Below, in pieces: positions 49,100-62,324 of a stretch of DNA of 64,000 bases. Made by a program: the position numbers and the translations under genes. The stretch is taken from NCBI RefSeq assembly GCF_030144855.1, contig NC_082722.1:26474001-26538000 (forward strand), read 5' to 3'. Source of the DNA: Hypanus sabinus (taxonomy: Eukaryota). The notes below the pieces were generated by a model that worked only from the letters and a program-made list of their open reading frames with translations, had not been told where the DNA came from and did not search any database. Numbering within the stretch: the stretch's first letter is position 1; the number at the start of each line of letters is the position of its first letter.

Positions 49100-50150
49100 A
49101 TCTTGGAGACATTTTCTAATGTTATTGTGGTCTCTGCTGGTCTGGGTTCCGTCCATAGACCAATGGGCTAATGGGGAGGTTCAACCAGGGCGTTGAGAGA
49201 ACACTCAGAAGTCGCGCCTCCGGAATCCCGAACAACTGTCTTTGCAGCTCGATCTGGGTGGTGACGGGGGGGGGGGGGGTGGGGTGGGGGCGTTGGTTGA
49301 GTTTGATCTTAACACAGTTCAACATTCGTCTTTCGGAATGACCGCTTTCCAATGCCGATTTGGACACGGTCCGCCGCTGTCCCTGGAACAAGAAGCGAAT
49401 GAGGGGCTCCATCAGCGGAACAACTGGTCTAGAGATATCGCCAGAAATGGTTTAAGGCAAGAGAAGCGTTTTTGGCCAATCGTCATAGAAGACGGGGGCC
49501 GCGAAAACCTTCCATCAGTGGGTCTGGTTCGCAACTGGAACTCAAATGGAGATCTCCTCATGTGGGTTGAAGTCAGAATGTGGTCCCTCGCTACATCGAT
49601 CTCTTCAAAATCCTGTGACGTGTCAACCCAGTTACCTATCGTCTCCAACTCTCGTGCACCATGACGATTCACCACACATTCCTCGGATCCCGCCTCAAAC
49701 TCTTTCACACTAGCCCTTTAGTTCCGATCCCTAACCTGCTGTGTCTCTCAGAATTGTTGAGAGTCAACCTGCCGAAACAGTCCTGTGTCTTTTGGAAACC
49801 CATATTGTTTGTGATAAATGGCAGAACCTCCTGAACTGGGAGGGATGCGGTGCAAAAGGAAGAAGCTGGAATCCTTCACGCGACATCCTGGATCCTACCT
49901 TGATGGAGGACTCTCATCACCACCATCCTGATCGCACTGGGTCGTCAGGAGCCAGTTGTCGGAAGGGTGGATTTTGTAACTGTGGCGACTGAACTGTGGC
50001 AGGCATGCACGTTTCGGCACTCCAGTTGCCCGGACTATGGCTAACTGCCGCTGTCGTTTTAAGACACAGACTACCAATTATTTCCTGCCAGATTTTTAAT
50101 GAAATTTCTGTGCTTAAGCCCTCGTGCTGAGTACTGAGGTATCAATCTGA
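49100..50150 (+). mobile_element. Chromoviral Gypsy 3' fragment (integrase C-terminus, chromodomain, PPT, partial LTR)
   Basis: LNTVQHSSFGMTAFQCRFG, then NWEGCGAKGRSWNPSRDILDPTL (chromodomain-like), then a purine tract followed by TGTAAC at about 49976. Confidence 0.85.
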
Positions 50151-50540
50151 GAAATGCTGTTTCTAGTACAACCACTTGTGATTTCGCCTTTGGATTTCCT
50201 ATGTGTGGCTTTGCTTATTACGAGTCTAAGTTAATCGTGATCTTTCTCTGTACTTCGATTCACCGCCAACAATTTCTCCCTCGTTACACTCTCATATTCT
50301 CGATATTTATTGTTTATTTACTTATTATTTCTTTCTTTTTGTATTTGCTCAGTTTCTTGTCTTTTGCACGCTGGTTGTACGTCCACTTCGGTTCAGTCTT
50401 TCATTGATCATGTTAATTTTATTATCTATGGATTTACTGAGTATACCCGTCAGACAATAAATCCCACGGCATTACAGAGTGACATAAATGTACTTTGATA
50501 TTTTTTTTTAAACTTTGAACTTCTGTACTTTGATTCACAG

Positions 50541-50576
50541 ATGAGTGGAATATTGTCCCAGAAATCATTGAATCGG
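50541..50576 (+). other. Candidate 36-nt phase 1/1 micro-exon DEWNIVPEIIES
   Basis: Strong sites ttgattcacAG and G|GTGAGT, open frame. No parent gene was established. Confidence 0.35.
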
Positions 50577-52645
50577 GTGAGTCTGAAGTCGCTTGAGGAA
50601 AATTAATAAAATATTACCTCCAAATTACTTAAGATATGAAGATGTAAATCAACAGCACGTTATGAAAATGCATTTACTCTGCCTAGAACTATTCTCATAT
50701 TCAGACAAAGCGGACTGCATATGGGGTAATATTGTATTGCTTGGAGGTAATCCCCTATAACAGAACATGACAAATCAGAAAACATTGCAATTCAGAAATT
50801 AGCATATTTTGAACGTATCCAACCAAGGGGGATTAACAACAGGCACGAAAAACAATCACCATCTGACAAAATATCGTAAAACTTCAACTACACTAATCCG
50901 TGTAGCTGCATCCGGTACAAAGTGTCCATTCATCCTTTTTCAATTTGTTTTTTTTTAATGTATTTCATGTTATCATGTTTAACTCTTTACAGCACAGCAT
51001 GTTTCAGCTATCTACAGTACACCATACATGAGATGTTTTTCTCTGGCTACATTTGCCTCACCACATCTTCTTGTGATTTTTCATCTAATGCTTGATTACA
51101 TCCGTTAAAATCTCATTTCGTATTGCCTGGTCTCAAATTTATTTGTTCATACTCTGTTTGAGTTCTCTTATTTTGTTAATAACTCTCCGTAACTCTACAC
51201 TATTCATGTTACCACTAATGCTGATATCGCTTTTTTACCTTAATAAACAGACTTCGTGTAAATAAATGTGCCTTAATGTAATTTCTTTCCTTCGTAAATC
51301 TCATCATTAAATTGCAATTGCTGTCATTTAGCACCTTAAGATTCTTGCAGTCAGGATCAGAAGACATCCTATTCTTGTTGATTTATTTATGTGTGTATAT
51401 ATACATGTGTGTTGTGTACATATTTAATCCTTTGCTCCTGTAGATCAACGTACGATTATGCTAATAATTGTGTGTACTTAGGGTGGATTGGCAATTTTCG
51501 GCCAGTTGATAATTTTTAGAGAACGAATGCACAAGGGAGTAAATGGTAAAATGCTCTCTGTTTTACTAATTGTTTCCTTTTTGAAACAATCTCATGTATA
51601 AAAAAGAGGAACTGTGGAATAATGGTGCTCGACGGCAGAAAATTAAACCTCACCAAGAAAGGTATGTTATTTCGATAGCGTAATGTGGATGGCAGCTGAT
51701 ATATCTGAATACATTATAATAGATCCATAACTTTAAACTGTCTTACATGAAAAAGAAGTTCAATTAACATCAAAGGCATCACATTCTGACTTTATTTCAG
51801 AGCTAGGTAATCATTTTGTATGCTTATTGTTTTACAAAATATTTTGTGTGTTTTTTATTTGTCCTCAAGGCATCAATGGAAATACTGTGAAAGCATGTAA
51901 AGAGGAAAATGAATAGGGGAAAATCATTTACATTCAATAAGAGATAGGTGGAAAGCAGATGCGTTACATTTAGCAAAGAAAAAGATTGATTTTCACACAA
52001 TTTTATGGTGCTATATGGGACGAAGATGTTGAAATATGCATTACAAATTAATTAAAAAAAATCTATTAAATATTATTTCAAAGTGCATTCAACAATGTAT
52101 TCCATGTGTTATGCGCCCCTAAGGCTCAATTTCTTTCTGTGGTTTGTCACTTTAAAACGCCGGAAGAATGAGACTGAACTTTTGCTGTATTGGATTTCTA
52201 CTGACGACAGTGTGTTTGGACTTATGCAAGGACATTGCCTGCTTCTGACTTGCTAAGGGGAAGGTAGGTGGAGTTATTTGATGGACAATCGATGTTACGG
52301 TTACTCTGCACCTTGTTTTCATTTTCCTGCAGCTTACGTTGAATATACAAGGGCACACAGAAAGACACATTTAGTCAATATGGATTCGGTCAATGGAAGA
52401 TACCAGTGAGACAGTCGCTAGTTTAAACTTTCAGTAGCCCAAAAGGGTGAGTTGAGATCCATCCTGAGTATTGCTAAATGACTCTCACAAGTTTTCTGCA
52501 ACTAGAACAGGTTTGCATGAAGAGAGGAGAGGAGAGAAAGTTTTGAAACAGAAAAAAACTAATGACAAAGAGATCACTGTTTGAACTCAGTATCCAAGTA
52601 GCCCGTGAGGGTGAGATTGTTTCCATTCGGCTACAGAAGTGTGAT

Positions 52646-53433
52646 TGTCACGTAGTTAACTCACAGGAGTGGGTTCGCTGGTGAGGGGAAAACCTTTGTG
52701 AGTACCGCGTGTGTGTTTATCCTTTGTCTGTGTGTGTTAGTTCACTGAATAAAGGCACAACTTTGGCAAATCACTGTTGGAGTTATTTCGTATGTCGTGG
52801 AATTGGATAAGTGGCTATCACATTGTGTTTTTGGGGTAGCCTTGTGGAATCTGCCGGTGTGTTGAAACTTGCCTGGGTGGTGCTTCCCTTGAAGATGGTC
52901 CCCTTTCTGTGATAAGCTACTATTGTTGATAATCCACACGTGGATTTTGATTGTGTGTCCTGTGGCCACCACTTGGAGATGTTCCGTAGCTAAGTTCAGG
53001 TGTGGTACCACTTGTGTTGGTGATACTTGGTGTGTGGAGTGGAACAACTTCTGCGATGAAACCTACTGCTATTGTTATTTTGTATTGGATGTCGTGGAAT
53101 CTGTGGAATATCAACGTAATTGCCTTCTCACAACATATACCTTTGGATTACAAATATGTCTCTCTCTTACCAACAACAGCAACCTCGTGTATTGAACTGA
53201 ACTTTCTCACAGACTGTATCACTTATCACCTAAGCTTGAATGAGTTTGGGAGACATATACTCACACCTATATAAGGTTATATACGTCTAACACTGTTAAT
53301 CATTGGTTTATCTGGTTTTAAGTTCACTATCACTGGTAAATACTAATGAAATAGTGTTTTTTTATAGCAAATTCAAACTCCTGGTGTGTTCCATTTCTGC
53401 TGGTTCTTTTAACCCGTTACGGGGTACGTAACA
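52646..53433 (+). mobile_element. Solo LTR related to the 1629 LTR
   Basis: TGTCAC...GTAACA. The last 18 nt (gttacggggtacgtaaca) are the exact reverse complement of 1629-1646. No clean TSD. Confidence 0.82.
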
Positions 53434-54789
53434 CGTGTCATCAGAGTTAAGGGAAGGTGTTACAGGGAGTCAGCTGGACGATCCTGCTGAGACATCTACG
53501 ATTTTTCATTCTATTAGAAAGAATGAAACGGATCCAGTGATAAACTAACAAATATATGAGTGTTGAGTGGTCGTAGTGAGGAATGATAAAGAAAGTAAGT
53601 AGATTAGCTTAAACTGGATTCAATCTCAGAGTGGAAATTTTATAAAATTACTCAGCGAGGTAATGTTGGGGTCTGATGAATATATTAATTTCTCAGGCTT
53701 GTGCAGGGTTACTCTCGCACAAAGAGAAAGTACATAACAGAATCTCGTTTCCAACTCTATCGGATCTGACCGTCATTAAACCAAGATCACACACTGTTAG
53801 GGCTGTATGATGATTGGTGTACAACGGTCTCGTTGTGTTTCAGCAATTCACACACAAGCCTCTCATATTCTTTCGACTCAGGATGACAACACACCATCCC
53901 CAAATACAAGTCATACAGGACAGTTTAACATATCTTCAGCTGTCGTCTGGTTCATCGTGGAATATTATTAAACGTATATCATTTACGTGCTCCACAGCTA
54001 CCAATTAAAATTGTTTCTCTGTATCAAACTGGGTAACTCGTAAAAGCAGATAAATATCTAATTTATTCTTTTTACTATAGAGGAACGACTACAGATACTT
54101 TAGGCGGGCCAGTCTCATACTGGCCTTCATAAATTAGTTTTGCAATTTCATCCAGTGCATCACATTCTGACTTTATTTGTGAGCTAGAATTAACAGGGGT
54201 TCAAACAATGACGTAAACTTATAGTATGAGGTTTTTCTTTTTTGAAACTGGAAAAGGGGTTGGTCAAGGATTACTGCTTCTGATTGAGAGCCATGCCTGA
54301 AACTCTGAACCTGAAAGTGTGTGAGAGCATATGATCATCTCTAGAGGTCTCTTAGGTCCATCAATTCCGCTGCCTGACATCCAGTGAAATGCAAGAAGAT
54401 ACGTCCTGGAGAGGGACTACGGGGGCGTTTAGTTCCTATTTTAGATTTGCCCTTGGGGGGCATGAATTCAGAAATGCTTGATTCCTTAAAAAATAATCAG
54501 TTTCCAAATTTCATGTAAAATATTGAGCTTATAGGGGATCATATTTGCTGCATACACCCCAGTTCCTCATAGATGAAATACGTTTTTGCTGCTTCCATCC
54601 GTGAAAAATAAGAAACAATTAAGAGAGGATATCTCTATTGTTTCAGAATGCCTTGTAAAAACTACTGGAATGACACGCCATCGAGAAACTGAACCACACT
54701 GCAAGGTTGGATTCGCTAAACAATGCTCGGTGGCAGGAAATGTATAGGCCGTTGTTCTCTGGTCTGGTGGTACTGAAAGGTGATTACAT

Positions 54790-55280
54790 TATCTTACTGA
54801 GGCTAAGAGTGACTCCCTGAACTCTAACCACCGTGAGGCGTATACCCTCCACTGATAAACAGCATCAAAACTGAATTTGAGGCAATGGAGGCGCTTGACA
54901 TCATAACGAGTCAATAGCTGATGGGCGGGCAGTGTTCCTGTTCCAGGCCAAATGGCACAGTGAGGGTCTGTGTTGATCTAAAAAAATTGAATAATGTAGT
55001 GAAGTGGTAGAAGGTTATTCTTCCCTCTGTTCAGCACACATTGTGTATGCTGGGTGGAGCAAAATTCTGCACCAAAATATATGCAAAGTTAAGGTTCTAC
55101 AGATCAGTTCATCTTCTGAGTCACAGGAGCTCACAACCTTTATCACACTAACTGGACGCTATGCCATGAAGATACTCCGTTTTGGCTTCTCACCAGAGGC
55201 CGAATTCTTTCAGATGAGGATAAAGGAAATTTTGGAAGGACTTGAATGGCCACGTGGACAGACCTGTAGATATGGTGATC
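54790..55280 (+). mobile_element. Degenerate Gypsy RT fragment
   Basis: PNGTVRVCVDLKKLNN and SQELTTFIT..GRY motifs. Confidence 0.8.
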
Positions 55281-56084
55281 AGAATATACATATATGAATA
55301 ACAACAGAATATTATTGACTCAGCCGGGCAACACTACGGCTGCAATATTCTCCAAATTATCGATAGTGCTGGTAGGCGGTACTCTTGAATAGTACACGTC
55401 ACAAGGAATCCCCGAACTATTCCAAATAAACGTAACAATGGCGATATCATCAATTATCGAATCTCGTTAAGTCATAATTAACCACTTTAGGTGCTCTGAA
55501 AACCTTGCAAAACCTTGCATCCCGATGCTCTACGGCTCCACGCAACGGTCCGGCGAGCGCATTACAAGGACATATATATATATATATCTTCCTGTTATAT
55601 GACTGGTTGAAATGTTTAAAGCCCAAAAATTCGAAGTTGGAAGTAACTTTATTTTCAAAGTATGTGTATATCACCATATACAAACTTGAGATTAATTTCC
55701 TTGCAGGCATTCAGAGAGAACTGAGAAATACAACAGAGTCAATGAAAACTGCAGGAAAGCATTGAAAGATAACCAATGTGGAACATAATACAATTAAAAA
55801 TGAAATGAATAAATAGTAAACCAATTGATAAGTAGACTCCATTTGTTGCTATATACGAATGTTTTTAGGTTTGATTAGTTTAACTGCCTTCAGGATCAGC
55901 AATGCTGAAGTACAAGAGAACAAAGAAGTGATTCATCTTGGTTACATTCCATCTTGAGCAATCTATAAGTGAAAAACAAAACTCTGGTCGTTGAATATTG
56001 ATCCAACAAAATTTTAGGACTCACTATAATCCCTTCAAAGTCTTTTCATGAGAAAGTTTAATAACGCTTCAAGAGTTCTGCAGT

Positions 56085-56955
56085 GACCATAAGATTATGA
56101 GAACAGGAGCAGAATTAGGAAAATTAGTTCATCCATTTTGCTGCACCGTTGAATCCAGGTTGTTATTTGTCAATCCCATTCTCCCGTCTTCTATTCATAA
56201 CCTTTAAATGCCTTACCAGTCAAGAACTTTTCAATCTCTGCCTTAAATACGTCTAAAACTTGGCCCTCACAGCCTTCTCTGGCAGCGAATTCAACAGATT
56301 CAACACCCTCATACGAATTTTTTTTTGTTAATTCCAAGGAATATCCCTTCAATGTACATGTGAAATCTTTGATCCTAGGCTCTGCTACTAAACGGAAATT
56401 CCTCTCCACGTCTATTCTCCATGGGCTTCTCAGTATCTGGCATGTTTCATTGAGTTCACTCACTCATGCCATCGCCCCCGTCCTCCCCCCCGCCACTTCA
56501 CCCCTCATATGAAGTACCTTTGATGGCTCTGGCCCTACATTAACTAGAATTCAGAAGAATGAGGGGTAACTTTATAGAAACTTCTCAGACAGCGAAGGGT
56601 TTTGATAGAGTGAATATGGACAGGATGTCTCCTATGGTGGGAAAGTCTGCAATGAGAGGACAGCCCCAAAATAGAAGGGCGTCCTTTTAGAATGTAGATG
56701 AGGAGAAATGTCTTCAGCCAGAGAGTGGCTAATCTGGGTAAATATTGACTACAGGTAGCTGCAAATGCAATGCCTTTATGTATATTTAAAGTAAAGTTTC
56801 ATAGATTTCTTCATTGGTCATGAAGGGTTACGGGGAGGAGGCAGAATATAGGAACTCAGAGGAAAATTGGATGATCCTTGATGAAATGGCAGAGCAGGCT
56901 CAATGGGTCAAATGGCCTAATTCTGCTCCTCTGTCTTGTGGTTTTATGATCTTAT
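56085..56955. mobile_element. Two CR1 3' ends (56085-56450 on minus, 56520-56955 on plus)
   Basis: DVFKAEIEKFLTGK on the minus strand and ttatgatcttatga-type tails. Confidence 0.8.
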
Positions 56956-57544
56956 GAATTCCATCTACTACAGGCACAGAGACATCCAACGCCCTTGCTG
57001 TTAATCCCTTTATTGTTGAAAATATTTTCGTGAAGCTCCTGTGATCCTTCCGAGGCCCAGGACATCTTTCCTTCCATACCGGACAAAGTAACTCACAGTA
57101 TTATAAATGTGGACTCACCAGCACCTTATAAGGCGTCAGCAGCGAGCTTCCATTCAGCAGGCTACTTTGGTAATTTAAAATTTTAGGTAACGCATCATAA
57201 TCACTAAATAAAAGGGACGATACCTGGATAGCAAATAGAAATAATTGGGGTATCATGGATGTGAAGAAATGTTTTAAAACTATTGCCGCCAGGAATTAAC
57301 AGTATTTCTCAAGCAGAAGGATACAGTGTTCGCCAATTGTAATTCATCTAATGATAAAACACAGTCTAATTCAATTTGGCAGGCAGACTGGCTTATACAG
57401 CATGCAATTTATGAGCAATCCCTGTAAAACATCCTCTTGAAATTCCATAAATTGCAGCAGAGAGAAAATCCGGTGACTACCACCCGCCATCTTGTAAGTC
57501 GCAGTTCACATGCAAATATAACTGAAAGGAGGTTATGTTAAAAA

Positions 57545-57820
57545 GGCCACAGTAGCATAACGGTTAGAGCGATTCTGTCATATTGTAGGGCATTCCGGAG
57601 TTTGGGGTGCAATTCTGGTGCCATTGTAAGGAATTTACACTCCTCAGGGTGCTCCGGTTTCATCCGACAGTCTGAAAACGAACCGGTTAGTAGGTTAATC
57701 CGTCATTGTAAATTCTCCTGTGATTAGACTGGATTTCAGTAGGTGGGTTGCTAGCAGGGCTGCTCATTGGACGGGAAGGGTCTCTTCTGTGCTGAATCTT
57801 TCAGCAAATAAATTAAATAC
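57545..57820 (+). mobile_element. tRNA-derived V-SINE (HE1-like)
   Basis: A-box-like tagcataacggttag, B-box-like gtgcaattc, V-domain gggtgctccggtttc...ggttaat...cattgtaaatt and an AT-rich tail. Confidence 0.8.
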
Positions 57821-59074
57821 AGAACAAGGTTAAAAAATGCTGCCTTTCTCAGTATATACTTCTTCTACCTTTAAAATGGTGCAAAAGATAAAATAGATTG
57901 TTACATGCTTTACGCCAACGAATTGGTTAATATTTATAAAACAATCCTACATATCGGGATAAAACTTTGAAAACAGAATTGTTGTGTAATCCATACTTCC
58001 AATCGAGCAAAACAAGGGAAAACCTGAGCATGAAAATTACCAATCTCGGTAAAAATGTCTAATTTTATTCCACTGCACATTGTTTTTTATTTCATATTAT
58101 TAAACTAAATGAGTCTTCTAGAAACTGTTGCTCTCGTGTGAATGTATTTTTCCTGTATTATGTCCCTCAAATTAAACTTCAGAAGATTTACGTCTCTGTC
58201 TAATTGTTGATATAAAAATACTGCTCAAAGTTAATGTGGACTACCCCGTCAATGTTAATAGATATTGCACAGTTACCTTTAATTTTAAATATTATTTGTT
58301 AGATATTAATTTAAGTTTTGTTGAGTACTATCCTTGCACTGTGAATTTTAGCCTAATATCGCAGCTACCAAAATTGCTCTTCCTCAGATCAGTTAGAAGG
58401 AACACTTCAAGAGTTTGCTTAAAAGATGCATCTAGTACGTGAAAATATCCAGTTAAGCTATTCACGTGCAAATGAACTATTTGAAAGGGAATACTTAACT
58501 TATAAAAGATAGGTGTGCATAAAGAACTGATAATAGGTTTGAAAAGCAGTGCCAACAACCGTCAACTCATTTAAACTTTCCTGGGATGTACAAGCAACGA
58601 TTCGAATGAATATTCCATAAAGATCAGATGCTAACGGGGAATAAAATTGAACATTCAGTAGAAAAGCTGCAGCACGCTGCAATGGCAACGTGAATTCTTT
58701 GTTGGAACCATCCCTGATCACCCAGCACAGGATATCTGGCTACTTGCATGCGTTGGCACCTATGGTAATTACATAATACGGATGTGTGTTGCATCCGTCG
58801 GTCTCGAGAGACCATGGATATAATACGGATTACAGTAATAATCATACCCATTAACGTATTCTTCTGGCATACTATCTTGGGTCGAAGCCCATCTGGAAAA
58901 TTTGTAAAGAAAAGTAAAAATTAAAATTATAAATTTTAGAAAGCACAATGTACATTCGAACGCGCTTAGATTAACCCTACCTAGGACAGAAGGAGGAAGA
59001 GGAATAACATAGATAACTAAACTTTGTACAACAGTCAGATAAAAAACTTTCAAGGATATTTTTCATCAATGACA

Positions 59075-59400
59075 AAAAGGTTCAACACTCCAAGCAAGCA
59101 CATGCGGTTCTGATAAGAAGAATACACCACTAAAACGAAATTAAGGCACAAAACAGAAAAATGAAGATATTATCACTCTAGAAGAAAAAACTTAACCAGT
59201 GGAAGAATATGACCGTCCTTGGAACACATCCCCAGGATCTGGGCAGATTAGCCGTCGTCACGGAAGCATCGAATGCTTGGCTCAGAGTTGGAGACCTCAT
59301 CTCAGAAGAAGGTGGTTCTTTCTGGCATATGAACCAGGAGGTTAACACAACAAATGAGCAAAATACAGAATAAAAACACAGAAAATTGTGAGATGATGCA
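59075..59400 (+). pseudogene. Possible V-set relic
   Basis: WKNMTVLG...LGRLAVVTEASNAWLRVGDLISEEGGSFWH resembles V-domain strands C-F. The canonical Cys residues are absent. Confidence 0.22.
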
Positions 59401-61809
59401 TGCAGAAAGGCCAAGAGAAACCAGAAACAATCCAACTCATTACAGGACATAGCCCCAGTTGAAGCTAATCCGATTACTCAGACAGGGACAATTAAGTGGC
59501 AAACATGCTTTACTAAAATCTTGCTTTAAATTTCAAACTCAGAAGTGGAAGCATACCTTGTGATAAATCCGTGTCTGGTTGAGTTTGAGAGTTAGAGTCT
59601 CCCAAGCTATAATACAACTAATCCAATATTACAGATAGGACAATCTATAACAACCTTTCACATATAATATGACAGGATAAACAATCAAAAAGAACGTACT
59701 TACTAGATATAGCCAGTCCAAAGACACACAATATAAGAAATCAATGAGTGAACATCACCTGAAATTAAAAGAGATAATAGAAAGACTATGGAACACCTTG
59801 TCCAAATAGTGATATCTACAACTGATATCATCCCAAAATCATAACGTAAAAGCATTAAACTATCAGGCCTACTTAGCAGTATTTATAGAAATCTCCAGAA
59901 AGGCACAATTCTAAACACCATTTTGATTTTTGCTAGCAGTTGAGAAATTGTCTTGTTTGACTTTACCTACTCGAAATAATAATAAAAATAATACTTTGCC
60001 TGAGTGTGGCGATTATAATTTTGAAGCACTGGGGCACCTGAACAAAGGTAGGTCTTGAGCCCTGGACAATAGATCACAAGGACATGCCGTGTACTACACA
60101 ACACAATTTTGGAGAAACGTAAGTTAATGCAAGATGAGTGTTAAGTGTATATTCAGCAATGGCTGCCTTCGTATAGAGATGGTATTATTACAGAAACTTA
60201 GATTTAGGGACCTGCTGTGTCCGAGCAAGTAAAATGTCTTTATAATTCAGAAAATTTTGGGACACAGTCATTGAGAATGAGCGATGGTTGGTCGACTTTC
60301 CTGGCTATTGTGCTGGGAAGGCCATGGGATTGAACAGTTTCAAACAGAGTATTGCAGTCCAAGTAGATCCAAGGAATGTCTGTCTCTGTGCTTCTTTGTG
60401 CACTCCTGGGCGAGAGGACATTACTGGGGGACTGTATATGCATGGCAATGTGGACGTCTAATTCCAAGAATTCTACGTGACTGGTTATGATTTGGGTATG
60501 CGACCCGTTTATCTGAAATCCACGCAGTCACCAACCCACACTGTCATTTAGTGAAACAAAACACGGATTTTATAATTGTCATCCATACTTTCAAACCTCT
60601 CTGTACTTTTGTTCCTCCAGATTTTATCTCCTTTTTTCAGGCCCAGAGCTAAAATTATACCTCGGCTGATTTGCGATGTACCCCATTCCCCAACCTCCAA
60701 TGATCGTCTCTTTTCCACGGCGAACAATGCCGAACGTTATCTCTGGAATTTAGGGTTTTTCTTCTCTTTTGTACTCCTTTTGGTAACCTAACTTTTCTGT
60801 GTGTTTAACATTGTTAACATTTAACATGTGTTTTGTCATATTATCTGAAGTGCTCGGAATCAGAACGTGTTTAGAATACTTTTTTGCTGTGCTCCATCAA
60901 GATATGGTAGCGATTTTAAAAAGAATATTAAAATAAACTCTCATGCCGCATGCAGAGAACCTATTGTGCAACATTGCGTTTATGTGTATTTGTGTTTTAC
61001 TTTGTTCTGACTTGATGGAAATGTAAATTATTTGTCGAAAGAGGTACCTATTTTGCAAGTGAAACGCGATTTCTAATCCTCAACTGTGAACTTTTCTACC
61101 TTTGGAATGACAAAATGCACCCAGTACAGATGTATTTGCTAAACAAGAGCACACAGAGCAAAGTAACTGCACTCACAGTTAGCTGGTGACATCATGGAAA
61201 TTCCGTGCGGTCAGAAGCTTCACCGCCTCAGGCGAGTAAGTTGCAAGCGACTACGTTCTCGCGTTTAACACTTAATTGAAAAGCAAGAGAGTTAATTTAA
61301 GAATATTACTTGTAAAGCTATTTCTGAAAAGTATGTGTTTCTTTACTCACGATATGTCATTCAAAAAAAAAACAAATGTATATCAACCATTTCTACAAAT
61401 ACCTGATATAGAATTTTTTGAATATTTTTCTAACAATATCGAATATTTGCAATTTGTGATCCTAAGCAGGATGAAATTTATAAACACAAGATATTCTGTT
61501 GATGCCGAAAGTTCAGAGCTACAGTACGCCAAACGCTGAAAGAACTCAGCACTTCAGGCAGCATCTGTGAAATGAATAAACAGTCGACATTTCAAACACA
61601 GACCGTTCTTCAGAACTCGAATGGACAAAATAAGGTGAATGACAGGAGAAATATTTTCTTTTAATCCGCCAAACAAATGCTTACTGAAAACGTCCAGCTG
61701 GAAAAATTGTTGATTATTTCCAGTGAAAGCAGTTGCCTCTCGTAATTTAGGTGATATCATCTAAGGTTATGATAAGATACTGTGAAGGACAAATTGCTTT
61801 GAATGTCAG

Positions 61810-62130
61810 CACAAATGCTAAAAAAATGCTAGCCAAGCATAGTATTCTCTGTCGGTTTAAGTTCTCAGAATGCTGAATGGCGAATTCAGTGTCTTTTTTC
61901 ACCGTGTTGTCATATGTGTACTGACAAGAGCAGAGAACTGGAACGCTGATAAGAGTTTTGTAATAGTTCACCTTAAATACGGAAGAAATCTTGGCAATCT
62001 CAGTTAAAACAAAAGCTATACTGAAATTGTGGACACTGACATTTTATCATGGTGCATTTATTTAATACCAGAATATCAAAGCGTATCAGAAATGTTCCAC
62101 AACAGAGTCGATTAACAAAATCAGAATTGA
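61810..62130 (+). pseudogene. Degenerate V-set exon relic
   Basis: Reads SILCRF ... SYVY*Q (Trp to stop) ... AILKLWTLTFYHGAFI*Y, which aligns with [14 protein letters not shown]. The span between AG and GTATGA is 321 nt, with several stops. Confidence 0.42.
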
Positions 62131-62324
62131 GTATGACTTTTTGAGTTGAATGTTGAAATGATCCGAGCGTGAGCATTCGAGAGATGGGATTCAGAAAAAA
62201 TAATGTTTATATGGTAATAATGGGCTAATTGGCGTCAATTTGGAATTTGTTCTAGGGCCAAGAATTTTCATTATATTTATAAATGATAAATGGAAAGAAA
62301 CAAGGTAGTAAATGAGCTGGGTAG

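Noticed and set aside
57481-57520. CCGCCATCTT (YY1-like) plus ATGCAAAT octamer as an snRNA or Ig promoter; other octamers at about 3461 and 12020
   Set aside because: No snRNA or V leader follows (a SINE does), and a few octamers are expected by chance in 64 kb of AT-rich DNA.
57545-57620. tRNA-like sequence
   Set aside because: The cloverleaf is degenerate and runs straight into a V-SINE core, so it is a SINE head and not a tRNA gene.
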